A stretch of DNA of 24,000 bases from an uncultured cyanobacterium (GTDB taxonomy: Bacteria; Cyanobacteriota; Cyanobacteriia; Cyanobacteriales; Microcystaceae). The DNA lies in contig CAWEDJ010000075.1 in NCBI GenBank assembly GCA_963807635.1, forward strand, positions 99,294-123,293, written 5' to 3'. This document shows, one piece after another, positions 10,120 through 17,718 of the stretch. The notes beneath the pieces were generated by a model. That model saw only the letters and a list, made by a program, of their open reading frames with translations. It made no database searches and was not told the DNA's origin. Made by a program: the position numbers and the translations under genes. Positions within the stretch are counted from its first letter, which is position 1. Every line of letters starts with the position of its first letter.

Positions 10120-10719
10120 TTAAATTAAAGAACTAAAAGTCGGATTGACTTGTTGTTGAGATTGGTTTTCATCAAGCTGATCAAGTTGATTTTGCGTCGC
10201 CCAATGGCGATAATCTTGTAATAAATGTCCCAATAATCGTTGCTTAATACGAGACAAGACTCCTTTGAGAATACTATTTCCTGCTACTTCTAAAAAGTGT
10301 GCGGGAGTTAGGGATAGGGCTGGTGGTAAATCCACACTAACTTTTAAATCCGCTTTACCCTGTAAATAGATTTTTCCATCTTGCTCGTAGGGAGATAATC
10401 TTCCTTTTAGTTGGAGAGAAAAACGATGATTAATGTAATCAATGCCTCGAATTTCACAGCTTTCTGATTCTAAATAAACGGTTCCTGTGGAAGTTGCCCA
10501 AACTTTTAATACAACAGTCGGTTGAAAGTGATAAATATCTAAAAAGTTAAGCGATCGCATTTTTAGGCGAAATCTGTTTTCTGATAAAACTTCCATCAGT
10601 TGAGGATCGGCGATCGCACTGACTAGACGTTGGGGTTGGCGTAGATAGTGCTGGATCGGGGCGGTGGGTTCGTCAACCGTGATGGCCAAGGATTCGTTCG
10701 CAGTGAAGGATACATTCAT
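10120..10719 (-). CDS. DUF1997 family protein (cyanobacteria/plastid lineage)
   Basis: 199 aa. IQHYLRQPQRLVSAIADPQLMEVLSENRFRLKMRSLNFLDIYHFQPTVVLKVW and the C-terminal LQDYRHW resemble DUF1997 proteins. It lies 13 nt upstream of sfsA on the same strand. Confidence 0.7.
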   Translation of the reverse strand: MNVSFTANESLAITVDEPTAPIQHYLRQPQRLVSAIADPQLMEVLSENRFRLKMRSLNFLDIYHFQPTVVLKVWATSTGTVYLESESCEIRGIDYINHRFSLQLKGRLSPYEQDGKIYLQGKADLKVSVDLPPALSLTPAHFLEVAGNSILKGVLSRIKQRLLGHLLQDYRHWATQNQLDQLDENQSQQQVNPTFSSLI

Positions 10720-10934
10720 AAATTAGTCAAGACCAAAATACTATTCTTTTAATATTACTTTACATTTCTTAAAACTTATTGTAGTAATTATAACCCTTTA
10801 CGGTTGTTGACCATCCAATTTTAGGAAAGGAGAGCCAAAAATCTGAGAATCCCTTAATTTTTCTTAAAGAAACTTTTGAGAACCCTCTTTTGGTTTAATA
10901 GGATTAATAGAGCTTGAAAAATGACGGAATAATT

Positions 10935-11779
10935 ATGCCGCTTGACCTTGCCCATCTTGACCAAAGGGAACGAATGCAGAAACCGCCGCGATCGCCTATG
11001 CTGATTGGTTGCAAAAAAATCATGGCGAAACGGTCAGACTGCTCCCCTATCCTAGTATTGCTCAGACCCTCTATGCGGCATCGGATCGGGCGGTGGATTT
11101 GGCGATTGTGCCTGTGGAAAATTCGACGGAAGGCGGCATTGCGATTACCCTCGATACGCTATGGGAGCGGGGAAATCTACAAATTCAGCAGGAACTGGTC
11201 TTACCGATTATCCACGTCCTGTTATCGCGGGGAATTGCCCTAGAAGGGATTAAAACGGTTTATTCCCATCCCCAGGCTCTTGGTCAATGTCAAAAGTGGT
11301 TAGAGCGACATTTGCCCCAGGCGCGTTTGTCTGCCACGAATGCTACAACGGAGGCGATCCAATTTATTCAACAAGATCCAACTGCGGCGGCGATCGCGTC
11401 TCCCCGTGCGGCTCAATTGTATGATTTACCGACTTTAGCGACGGATATTAATGATTATCCTGATAATTGCACTCGATTTTGGGTTTTAGGGACTGAACCC
11501 TCTTTACAGGGAACTCACACGGCTTTAGCGTTTAGTGTGCCAGCCAATGTGCCAGGGGCTTTGGTGAAACCGTTACAGGTTGTGGCAGAACGCAATATTA
11601 ATCTCAGTCGTATTGAATCTCGTCCGACAAAGCGATCGTTGGGGGAATATCTTTTCTTTATGGATTTGGAAAGTAGTCAGACTGACCCAAGGTTGCAAGA
11701 TGCGTTGACAGAGTTAGGGAATTATACGGAAGTTTTAAAGGTTTTTGGGAGTTATTTTATTTTATCTTTGCAAAAGTAA
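10935..11779 (+). CDS. pheA: prephenate dehydratase; frameshifted as sequenced, with one base missing at 10959/10960, after codon 8
   Basis: Frame A from ATG 10935 reads MPLDLAHL, then leaves the conserved sequence. Frame B reads PKGTNAETAAIAYADWLQKNHGETVRLLPYPSIAQTL..DLAIVPVENSTEGGI..TRFWVLG..LSRIESRPT (PDT and ACT domains). Joined, they give the canonical IAHLGPKGT N-terminus. Confidence 0.88.
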
Positions 11780-12028
11780 GATCTGAGTTATTTTTATCCG
11801 TAAACAAGCTAAATGATAATTTTGTCTCAAGATTAAAAAAAATATCATTTAATCAAAATCGCGCTTTTTTGTGCTGAGGGTTTGGGGAAGAATTTAAAAT
11901 TGTTAATTGAATATCGTAAATTGCTGACAATGAGACAGTTAGGGGATTTTCAAGGAGAGGTTTTTCCTTTGAGGGGATTGTTTTATAAGCTATACTGCTA
12001 AAATCAAACAAAATTGGAGGTTTTAGCG

Positions 12029-13060
12029 ATGTTAGTATCTATAGTCAAAAAATATTGGATTTTGGGTAGTCTAGTTATCGTAATGGTTCCCCATCCTTTT
12101 TTGAGTTTGCAAGTTTTAGCTCAAAGCAAAACATCTGTTCCAAATCTACCAGGTCTATCACCTTCACCTTCACTTACCGCAATAGATTACTATAATCGCG
12201 GAGTTGACAAAGAAAAATCAGGAGATAATCAAGGAGCGATCGCGAACTTCAATGAAGCCATTAAACTCAAACCTGACTTTGCTGATGCCTACTATAATCG
12301 CGGGGTTATAAGAAATGATAATTTAAAAGATTATCAAGGAGCGATCGCGGACTATAATGAAGCGATTAAACTCAATCCTGACCTTTTTTTTGCCTATGTT
12401 AATCGCGGAAATTCTAAGAAGAATTTAGGAGATTATCAAGGGGCGATCGCGGACTTCAATGAAGCCATTAAACTCAAACCTGACTTTGCTGAAGTCTACT
12501 ATAATCGCGGAGCTTCCAAGGGGTTATCAGGAGATTATCAAGGGGCGATCGCGGACTTCAATGAAGCCATTAAACTCAAACCTGACTTTGCTGATGCCTA
12601 CTATAATAGCGGAGCTGCCAAGGGGTTGTCAGAAGATCATCAAGGGGCGATCACGGACTTCAATGAAGCCATTAAACTCAAACCTGACTTTGCTGATGCC
12701 TACTATAATCGTGGAGTTTCTAAGTCTAATTTAGGAGATAATCAAGGAGCGATCACGGACTTCAATCAAGCTATTAAACTCAAGCCTTACCTTGCTGAAG
12801 CCTACATTAATCGCGGAGTTTCTAAGAGTAATTTAAACGATTATCAAGGGGCGATTGCGGACTTCAATCAAGCCATTAAACTCAATCCTGACTATGCTGA
12901 GGCCTACATTAATCGCGGAAATTCTAAGAAGAAGTTAGGAGATAATCAAGGGGCGATCAATGATTTTCGTCAAGCCGCTAAACTTTATCAACAACAAAAC
13001 AAAATGGAAAATTATCAAAAGGTTATGAATGGACTTAAAAAATTAGGCATTTCCAATTAA
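12029..13060 (+). CDS. secreted tetratricopeptide-repeat protein (8 tandem TPR units)
   Basis: The ATG at 12029 is preceded by GGAGG (12017-12021). The track start at 12014 is TTG. Signal-like N-terminus ends ..LQVLAQS. Eight 34-aa units have consensus AxAYYNRGxSKxxLGDYQGAIADFNEAIKLKPDF. Confidence 0.9.
   Translation: MLVSIVKKYWILGSLVIVMVPHPFLSLQVLAQSKTSVPNLPGLSPSPSLTAIDYYNRGVDKEKSGDNQGAIANFNEAIKLKPDFADAYYNRGVIRNDNLKDYQGAIADYNEAIKLNPDLFFAYVNRGNSKKNLGDYQGAIADFNEAIKLKPDFAEVYYNRGASKGLSGDYQGAIADFNEAIKLKPDFADAYYNSGAAKGLSEDHQGAITDFNEAIKLKPDFADAYYNRGVSKSNLGDNQGAITDFNQAIKLKPYLAEAYINRGVSKSNLNDYQGAIADFNQAIKLNPDYAEAYINRGNSKKKLGDNQGAINDFRQAAKLYQQQNKMENYQKVMNGLKKLGISN
12179..12997 (+). repeat. 102-bp-period tandem coding repeat (TPR units) with long identical nucleotide runs
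   Basis: Adjacent units share exact runs of more than 50 nt. For example, ggggcgatcgcggacttcaatgaagccattaaactcaaacctgactttgctga occurs at about 12441 and again at about 12543. Confidence 0.9.
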
Positions 13061-13066
13061 ATTCCC

Positions 13067-13237
13067 GTAGGGGTTTGGTCTCCAAATCCCCAATTTATTG
13101 ATTCCTATCCCAAATCCCCAAAATTTTAATTCCTATCTCAATATCCCTAATTTCAAACGAAAAAATTCGACCATAACATTTTTAAATATGGGCGATTATC
13201 GTGAATTTGGGAATGGATTTGGAAACCAAACCCCTAC
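13067..13237. repeat. MITE-like element or long hairpin: 23-bp terminal inverted repeats (1 mismatch) around a core with reiterated motifs
   Basis: GTAGGGGTTTGGTCTCCAAATCC (13067-13089) pairs with GGATTTGGAAACCAAACCCCTAC (13215-13237). Internal 28-bp direct repeat begins ATTCCTATC (13101 and 13129). CCAAATCCCCA occurs at 13082 and 13110, and inverted copies occur at 13205-13222. Confidence 0.45.
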
Positions 13238-13267
13238 CGTTTATAAAAATCAAAATGTGATTGATCA

Positions 13268-13663
13268 TTATCGGCAAATAGTATTCTGTCCATACAGTAA
13301 AACCATGACTCTAAAAGAACAACTCCTCCAATAAATCGAACAGGCTCCCGAAATTCTATTGCAATCCTGCTTAAAACTTATTCTCTCCCATAAGCCCTCC
13401 GTTCTTTCCCCATCATAAATGAAATCAGAATCCGTAAAATGACTATCCCCATCAACCTCAATCACCAACTTTAACTTAGGACAATAAAAATCAACAATAA
13501 AATTATTAATCGGTTTTTGTCGCCAGAATTTCACAGGAAAATTTCGTAAATATCCCCATAACTTACGCTCTGCAATCGTTGAATTCGTTCGCATTTCCCT
13601 CGCCCTAGCCACTAACTGTGGATTGTAAGGAAGAAAATAATCGCCTTCTTTAAAATTAGTCAT
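13268..13663 (-). CDS. DUF559 (Vsr-like endonuclease fold) domain protein
   Basis: ARAREMRTNSTIAERKLWGYLRNFPVKFWRQKPINNFIVDFYCPKLKLVIEVDGDSHF is the standard DUF559 core. The last ~45 residues do not look like the usual ..VLRFxNxEI.. tail, so the 3' end is uncertain. Confidence 0.7.
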   Translation of the reverse strand: MTNFKEGDYFLPYNPQLVARAREMRTNSTIAERKLWGYLRNFPVKFWRQKPINNFIVDFYCPKLKLVIEVDGDSHFTDSDFIYDGERTEGLWERISFKQDCNRISGACSIYWRSCSFRVMVLLYGQNTICR

Positions 13664-13673
13664 AATTATCGTT

Positions 13674-14919
13674 GGCTCTTCTGGTTAAGGTGTGGAATTA
13701 TAGTTACGAATTAAAACAAGCAAATAATTTCAGCCGCAAGTGTTGAAAGTTAGTAAATCCATAACTCATCCTTTTAATTAATTTGATTTTTGTATTCATT
13801 CCCTCCGTTATCCCATTCGTTGTATGTCTCTCAAAATAATTACAGATACCTGTTAAATGATTTCTAACCATATTGGCACTTTTTCGATAAATTATTCCAC
13901 TGGTTCTCAGCCATTTTTCAAATTGTCTTTTTGCTCCATTGGCTTTTCTCAACCTTTCATAGATTTGTCTAAACTCTTCTTTCATTTCATACGCTATTCT
14001 CAAGAGCGGATATTCTTCTAATACCTTTTCTAAACTTTGTTTTTGTTCTTCCTTTAAGTCATTTTGATTTTTTCATAATAAATGGAGTAATCCTTTTTTA
14101 TGCACGTTCATTATCTTTCTTAATTCATTCAGTTCCTCATTAACTATCCGCATTATATGAAAACGATCATAAGTGATTTTTGCATTCGGAAATAATTCCT
14201 TGATTACTGCTGTAAAACCTTCCCACATATCCACACTTACTTCTTCTATTTTCTCTCTAACACCTTCAGGTTGAGACTTTAGCTCTTTCATCACTTCTTC
14301 TTGTTTATGCCCCTTTATCACCTCCAGCAACTTTTTATTGTCTAGATCTATTACTGTTTTTATTAAGTCTTTATTTCCTTTTCTATTGCTAAATTCATCC
14401 AAACTTATTCTTTTTGGCGATTCCCACTCTTTCTTTTCATCTCTTTTTGCCAGTTCTTCAAAGATTGAATTAACTTCATCCCATCCTAGACCCTCTTCTT
14501 GACAAACCTCTTTTATATTTGACCTTTTAATTCGCTCATAAATCATTTCTTCATAGCGAGTTGTGTGATGTTTTCTTAGTCTCATAAAACTTAGTCTTTC
14601 TATCGTATATTTGTCACAATTTTGACAATAAAACTGACGACGAGGGACTTCTAAGTATGCTGGATTTCCTATTATGGCTAGGTCGCGCGCTAGACTATAC
14701 TCTGTCTGATTTATTGTGTCTAATATTCGATGGCAATTCGGACATTCTATCGTTTCATTTACAAGGTTTAATTTGAGGAATATTATCCCATCAATCTTTT
14801 TATAGTTGACGACGGTTACATTCGGTAAATCTAGAACTTGATCAATGATCATCCACATAACTCACCTCCCGCCTATCTATTACCTATTATACTTTCTTCA
14901 CACAAAGTCGTGAAGAGCC
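13674..14919 (-). mobile_element. ISL3-family insertion sequence (~1.25 kb)
   Basis: Both termini start GGCTCTTC. GGCTCTTCTGGTTAAGGTGTGGAA (13674-) aligns with the reverse complement of 14919, GGCTCTTCACGACTTTGTGTGAAG, at 15 of 25 positions. The element encloses one ISL3-type transposase frame. I found no flanking direct repeat. Confidence 0.8.
13704..14858 (-). pseudogene. ISL3 family transposase interrupted by one in-frame TGA (14073-14075)
   Basis: Track ORFs 14073..14858 and 13704..14003 are in the same frame (14858-14003=855). Reading through gives ..HKKGLLHLL*KNQNDLKEEQKQSLEKVLEEYPLLRIAYEMKEEF... N-terminal zinc finger CPNCH..CQNC. Core motifs DRFHIMR and ..TNGITEGMNTKIKLIKRMSYGFTNFQHLRLKLF are typical of ISL3. 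Confidence 0.85.
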
Positions 14920-15175
14920 TTTTTTACTTTCTGAAGATGTGCGTCAAGCAAACTTTTACAGTAAAAAGCTGAGGAATCTAGCTCAAAGACAATGGCATAG
15001 AGAGATGTCTCTGTTTTGTGATTTAGTCTTATTTCATCAAATAAAAGAGTTGTTATTTCGCCAAATATCAGTTCCATATCATATCAATATTGAGAGAACA
15101 AAACGATGGACTTATCTTGCAAAAGATACGCGAATGTTCATGGATATGATTGTTTTAGACGAATGCAGATATGTC

Positions 15176-15184
15176 TACGATTGG
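15176..15184. repeat. target-site duplication TACGATTGG (left copy)
   Basis: Identical 9-mer immediately outside both inverted repeats of the ISAs1 element. Confidence 0.9.
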
Positions 15185-16481
15185 CAGGGTAAGCGCAAGA
15201 AAAATGTTAACGTAATATGATATACAAAAAAAGATGAAAAAAGATGAAAAAAGTAGAAATAAATCAAGACTCCCAATCAAACCTAGAAATTCAAGAAAAA
15301 TCAACCCGAAAAGCCCAAGAAAGATGGTTATCCTATTTTCAGAGTCTGGAAGACCCCAGAGGCAAACAGGGAAGAGAGCATAATTTTCTGAGTATCGTAA
15401 TAATTTCCGTATTAGCCGTAATAGGAGGTGCAGTAGGCTGGGAAGATATAGAATTATATGGAGTGAGTCATGAACAATGGTTGAGAACATTTCTAAATCT
15501 AGAAAAAGGGATACCAAGTGCAGATACCTATCGACGAGTATTAGCTAGGTTAAAGCCAGAAGCGTTACAGGGATGTTTTCAAGGGTGGATAAAGCAAGTG
15601 GTAGAGGAGACAGGGGAACAAATTATTCCGATAGATGGTAAAGAGATGAGAGGTTCTTATGACAGAAATTATCAACAAGGGGCATTAAGAATAGTAAGTG
15701 CTTGGGCGATGGAAAATCATTTGATGCTAGGGCAAGTAAAAGTAGATAACAAAAGCAATGAAATAACAGCAATACCGATACTATTAGAGTCATTAGAGGT
15801 TAAGGGCTGCACAATTACAATAGATGCAATGGGAACTCAGAAAGCAATAGCGGAAAAAATTGTAGAAAAGCAAGCAGATTACGTTCTGAGTTTAAAAAGA
15901 AATCACCCCACGTTGCATGATGAGGTAGAGTCATGGTTTGAAAAAGCAGAAGAGCAAAAGTTTCAGGGAGTAAATTTGAGCCATGACTTGGGCATAGAAG
16001 CAGGACATAACCGCCGAGAGAAGCGTGAAATCTGGGCAATTCCTCTAAGCGAAATGGGAGGACTTTATCAAGAAGAAGAATGGGCAGGCTTGCAAACCAT
16101 TGTCAGGGTGGAGAGATACCGACATCTCTGGAATAAAACCACTCACGAGATCCAATTCTATCTCACATCGTTACCCTGTTCTGCTCAGGTTATTGGTCGG
16201 GCAATTCGTCAGCATTGGAGTATCGAAAATCAATTACACTGGGTTTTAGATGTCACTTTTAGCGAAGATTCCTCTCGCATTCGTCGTGGACATGGAGCGG
16301 AAAACTTTACTTTTTTGCGGCGTATGGCTATCGGAATTCTTAATCAAGAAAATAGCAAAAAAAGGAGTCTCAGGCAAAAATCTCGATTGGCTTCTATGAA
16401 CTCTCGATATATGCTTCAAGTCCTTACTCAAGCTTTCTTTTCTTAACATTTTTTGTTTCCTTTTTTCTTGCGCTTACCCTG
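15185..16481 (+). mobile_element. ISAs1-family insertion sequence (1297 bp), apparently intact
   Basis: Perfect 20-bp terminal IRs: CAGGGTAAGCGCAAGAAAAA at 15185-15204, and its reverse complement at 16462-16481. It has a single full-length transposase ORF and a 9-bp TSD. Confidence 0.9.
15244..16446 (+). CDS. ISAs1 family transposase (H-repeat-associated type; DDE_Tnp_1 with N-terminal associated domain)
   Basis: 400 aa. FQSLEDPRGKQGREHNFLSIVIISVLAVIGGAVGWEDIELYG is the DDE_Tnp_1-associated domain. ITIDAMGTQKAIAEKIVEKQADYVLSLKRN and HWSIENQLHWVLDVTFSEDSSRIR are the DDE core. Confidence 0.9.
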   Translation: MKKVEINQDSQSNLEIQEKSTRKAQERWLSYFQSLEDPRGKQGREHNFLSIVIISVLAVIGGAVGWEDIELYGVSHEQWLRTFLNLEKGIPSADTYRRVLARLKPEALQGCFQGWIKQVVEETGEQIIPIDGKEMRGSYDRNYQQGALRIVSAWAMENHLMLGQVKVDNKSNEITAIPILLESLEVKGCTITIDAMGTQKAIAEKIVEKQADYVLSLKRNHPTLHDEVESWFEKAEEQKFQGVNLSHDLGIEAGHNRREKREIWAIPLSEMGGLYQEEEWAGLQTIVRVERYRHLWNKTTHEIQFYLTSLPCSAQVIGRAIRQHWSIENQLHWVLDVTFSEDSSRIRRGHGAENFTFLRRMAIGILNQENSKKRSLRQKSRLASMNSRYMLQVLTQAFFS

Positions 16482-16490
16482 TACGATTGG
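16482..16490. repeat. target-site duplication TACGATTGG (right copy)
   Basis: See the left copy. Confidence 0.9.
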
Positions 16491-16935
16491 ATGCCTACTG
16501 TTGATATGATTGAAGCTGGTATGGATTCTATAGATAGGCAATTATGTTATCGATTTGCGTTAGATGCTTTAGGAAAACATCGGAGATGGTACAATAATGA
16601 ATACTTCTTTGGGACTGCGGTAATAAGTCAGTTTCAAGAAGGTTTTGAGGCAAAATGTCTAGCCCGAAGAATTATCATCAATTGATAATAAAAATAATTT
16701 AAATCTTTGATATATTAATGGCATAATCAGTGCGATCGCGATCGCAGTAGGATACGTTAACGCAATATAGCGGTATTCAGTCGTATGAGGGGCAATAAAA
16801 TTTTTGAAAGGCTTACTGTACAAGACTCCAATACACCTCACTCACGTGACTACCGCTATATAATCCACCTTGTTTTTGCTTGATCAAAACTATTTTTCAG
16901 CGCAGACTCCAATTAGTGCGATCATAACCTCGCCC

Positions 16936-16961
16936 GATAGATTACCCTATAAAATAGAAAA
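16936..16961 (+). promoter_or_regulatory. conserved upstream box, copy 1 (GATAGATTACCCTATAAAATAGAAAA)
   Basis: Lies 54 nt upstream of ATG 17015. It contains a TATAAAAT (-10-like) core. The same box recurs at 17293 and 17693. Confidence 0.35.
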
Positions 16962-17014
16962 AACAAGCGGTCAACTTCTCCCTTCAATCAAAAACTTATA
17001 AGGAATAATACATC

Positions 17015-17254
17015 ATGGCAACCACCATTGAAACCGACCTTAAAGAAATCCTAGACCGAATTGATAAAAGATTGGGAGCTATTGAAAGCGATGTAACCAC
17101 AATAAAAATTGATATAGCAACCCTAAAAGCTGATGTCACAACGGTTAAGGAAGATGTCAAAGATTTAAGAGGGAGCCAACGATTGCAAATTTGGGTTCTC
17201 ATCGTTGCTGTAGTAGGAGCCATTATTAAGTTTGGTTTTTTCCCTAACCCGTAA
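17015..17254 (+). CDS. small coiled-coil protein with C-terminal transmembrane anchor (79 aa), paralog A; XhlA-like architecture
   Basis: MATTIETDLKEIL.., heptad-like DVTTIKIDIATLKADVTTVKEDVKDLRGSQR, then the hydrophobic LQIWVLIVAVVGAIIKFGFFPNP. A paralog lies 361 bp downstream. Confidence 0.7.
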   Translation: MATTIETDLKEILDRIDKRLGAIESDVTTIKIDIATLKADVTTVKEDVKDLRGSQRLQIWVLIVAVVGAIIKFGFFPNP

Positions 17255-17292
17255 ACCCGCGATCATCCATACCTCCACGCGATCGCAATCTT

Positions 17293-17318
17293 GATAGATT
17301 ACCCTAAAAAATAGAAAA
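17293..17318 (+). promoter_or_regulatory. conserved upstream box, copy 2 (GATAGATTACCCTAAAAAATAGAAAA)
   Basis: Lies 58 nt upstream of ATG 17376. The flanking sequence is also alignable with copy 1 (..tcaacttctccc..caatcaaa.. against ..tcacagcttcccc..catcaaac..). Confidence 0.35.
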
Positions 17319-17375
17319 GGGAAAGTTCACAGCTTCCCCTAATCCATCAAACAATATCTAAAGGAATGACAACTC

Positions 17376-17648
17376 ATGGCAACCACGATTGAAACCGACC
17401 TGAAGGAAATTTTAGGGGAATTCAAGCAAGAATTTTTAAAACTCAATCAGCGACTAGACAGAATAGAGGGTGACTTAACTTCTCTCAAAGTCGATATGGC
17501 AACGGTCAAAACTGAATTGAACTTTATCCGAGAAGATGTTAAAGACTTGAAAGGTTCCCAACGCGCCCAGGTATGGGCATTAATTATCACTGTCATCGGA
17601 GCCACTATTGCCGCCGTTGTAAAATTTGGTTTCTTCCCTAATCCCTAA
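17376..17648 (+). CDS. small coiled-coil protein with C-terminal transmembrane anchor (90 aa), paralog B
   Basis: The first 13 residues are identical to paralog A. The block EDVKDLKGSQRAQVWALIITVIGATIAAVVKFGFFPNP is conserved. It is 11 residues longer in the coiled-coil part. Confidence 0.7.
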   Translation: MATTIETDLKEILGEFKQEFLKLNQRLDRIEGDLTSLKVDMATVKTELNFIREDVKDLKGSQRAQVWALIITVIGATIAAVVKFGFFPNP

Positions 17649-17692
17649 AACTGCGATCGCCCAATGCTCCCACGCGATCACCATTTAGCCCC

Positions 17693-17718
17693 GATAGATG
17701 ACTGTATAAAATAGAAAA
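17693..17718 (+). promoter_or_regulatory. conserved upstream box, copy 3 (GATAGATGACTGTATAAAATAGAAAA), with no small ORF behind it
   Basis: Preceded by the same GCGATC..CTCCCACGCGATC context as copy 2. Similarity to copies 1 and 2 ends after the box. It lies 182 nt upstream of ahcY. Confidence 0.3.

Larger units (their letters stand above)
14939..16685 (+). pseudogene. unrecognised ORF split by the ISAs1 insertion, and possibly 5'-truncated at the ISL3 end
   Basis: Removing 15185-16490 (the IS plus one TSD copy) joins ..DECRYVYDW to MPTVDMIEAGMDSIDRQL..RRIIIN* in frame. The frame also stays open from 14939 back to the ISL3 boundary at 14920. Confidence 0.5.

Noticed and set aside
12459-12734. 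91-aa ORF with an internal repeat (MKPLNSNLTLL..) inside the TPR gene
   Set aside because: It is an alternative-frame reading of the 102-bp tandem repeat, and its periodicity only mirrors the TPR units. I also considered whether the 102-bp periodicity could be a CRISPR-like array. It cannot be, because the sequence is continuous coding repeat with no unique spacers.
13098-13334. 78-aa ORF between the TPR and DUF559 genes
   Set aside because: It spans the MITE-like element and overlaps the 3' end of the DUF559 gene. It has low-complexity N/P/I-rich sequence and no RBS.
13268-13420. Possible frameshift in the 3' part of the DUF559 gene
   Set aside because: The tail (..GLWERISFKQDCNRISGACSIYWRS..) lacks the usual VLRFxNxEI ending. 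An alternative frame reads ..VLSRIAIEFREPVRFI.., which is vaguely closer. I could not place a convincing junction, so this stays unresolved and I make no claim.
15155-16449. Minus-strand ORFs overlapping the ISAs1 element (15155..15517, 15815..16039, 16246..16449), and ORFs 16659..16841 and 16996..17223
   Set aside because: They are antisense to a full-length transposase or to small-protein gene A, or lie in AT-rich intergenic DNA. They have no recognisable domains or start signals.
16765-16861. 11-bp inverted repeat ATATAGCGGTA / TACCGCTATAT separated by 75 nt, as a possible structured RNA
   Set aside because: A repeat of this length and spacing is close to chance expectation for the window. 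There are no supporting compensatory features and no promoter or terminator signals.
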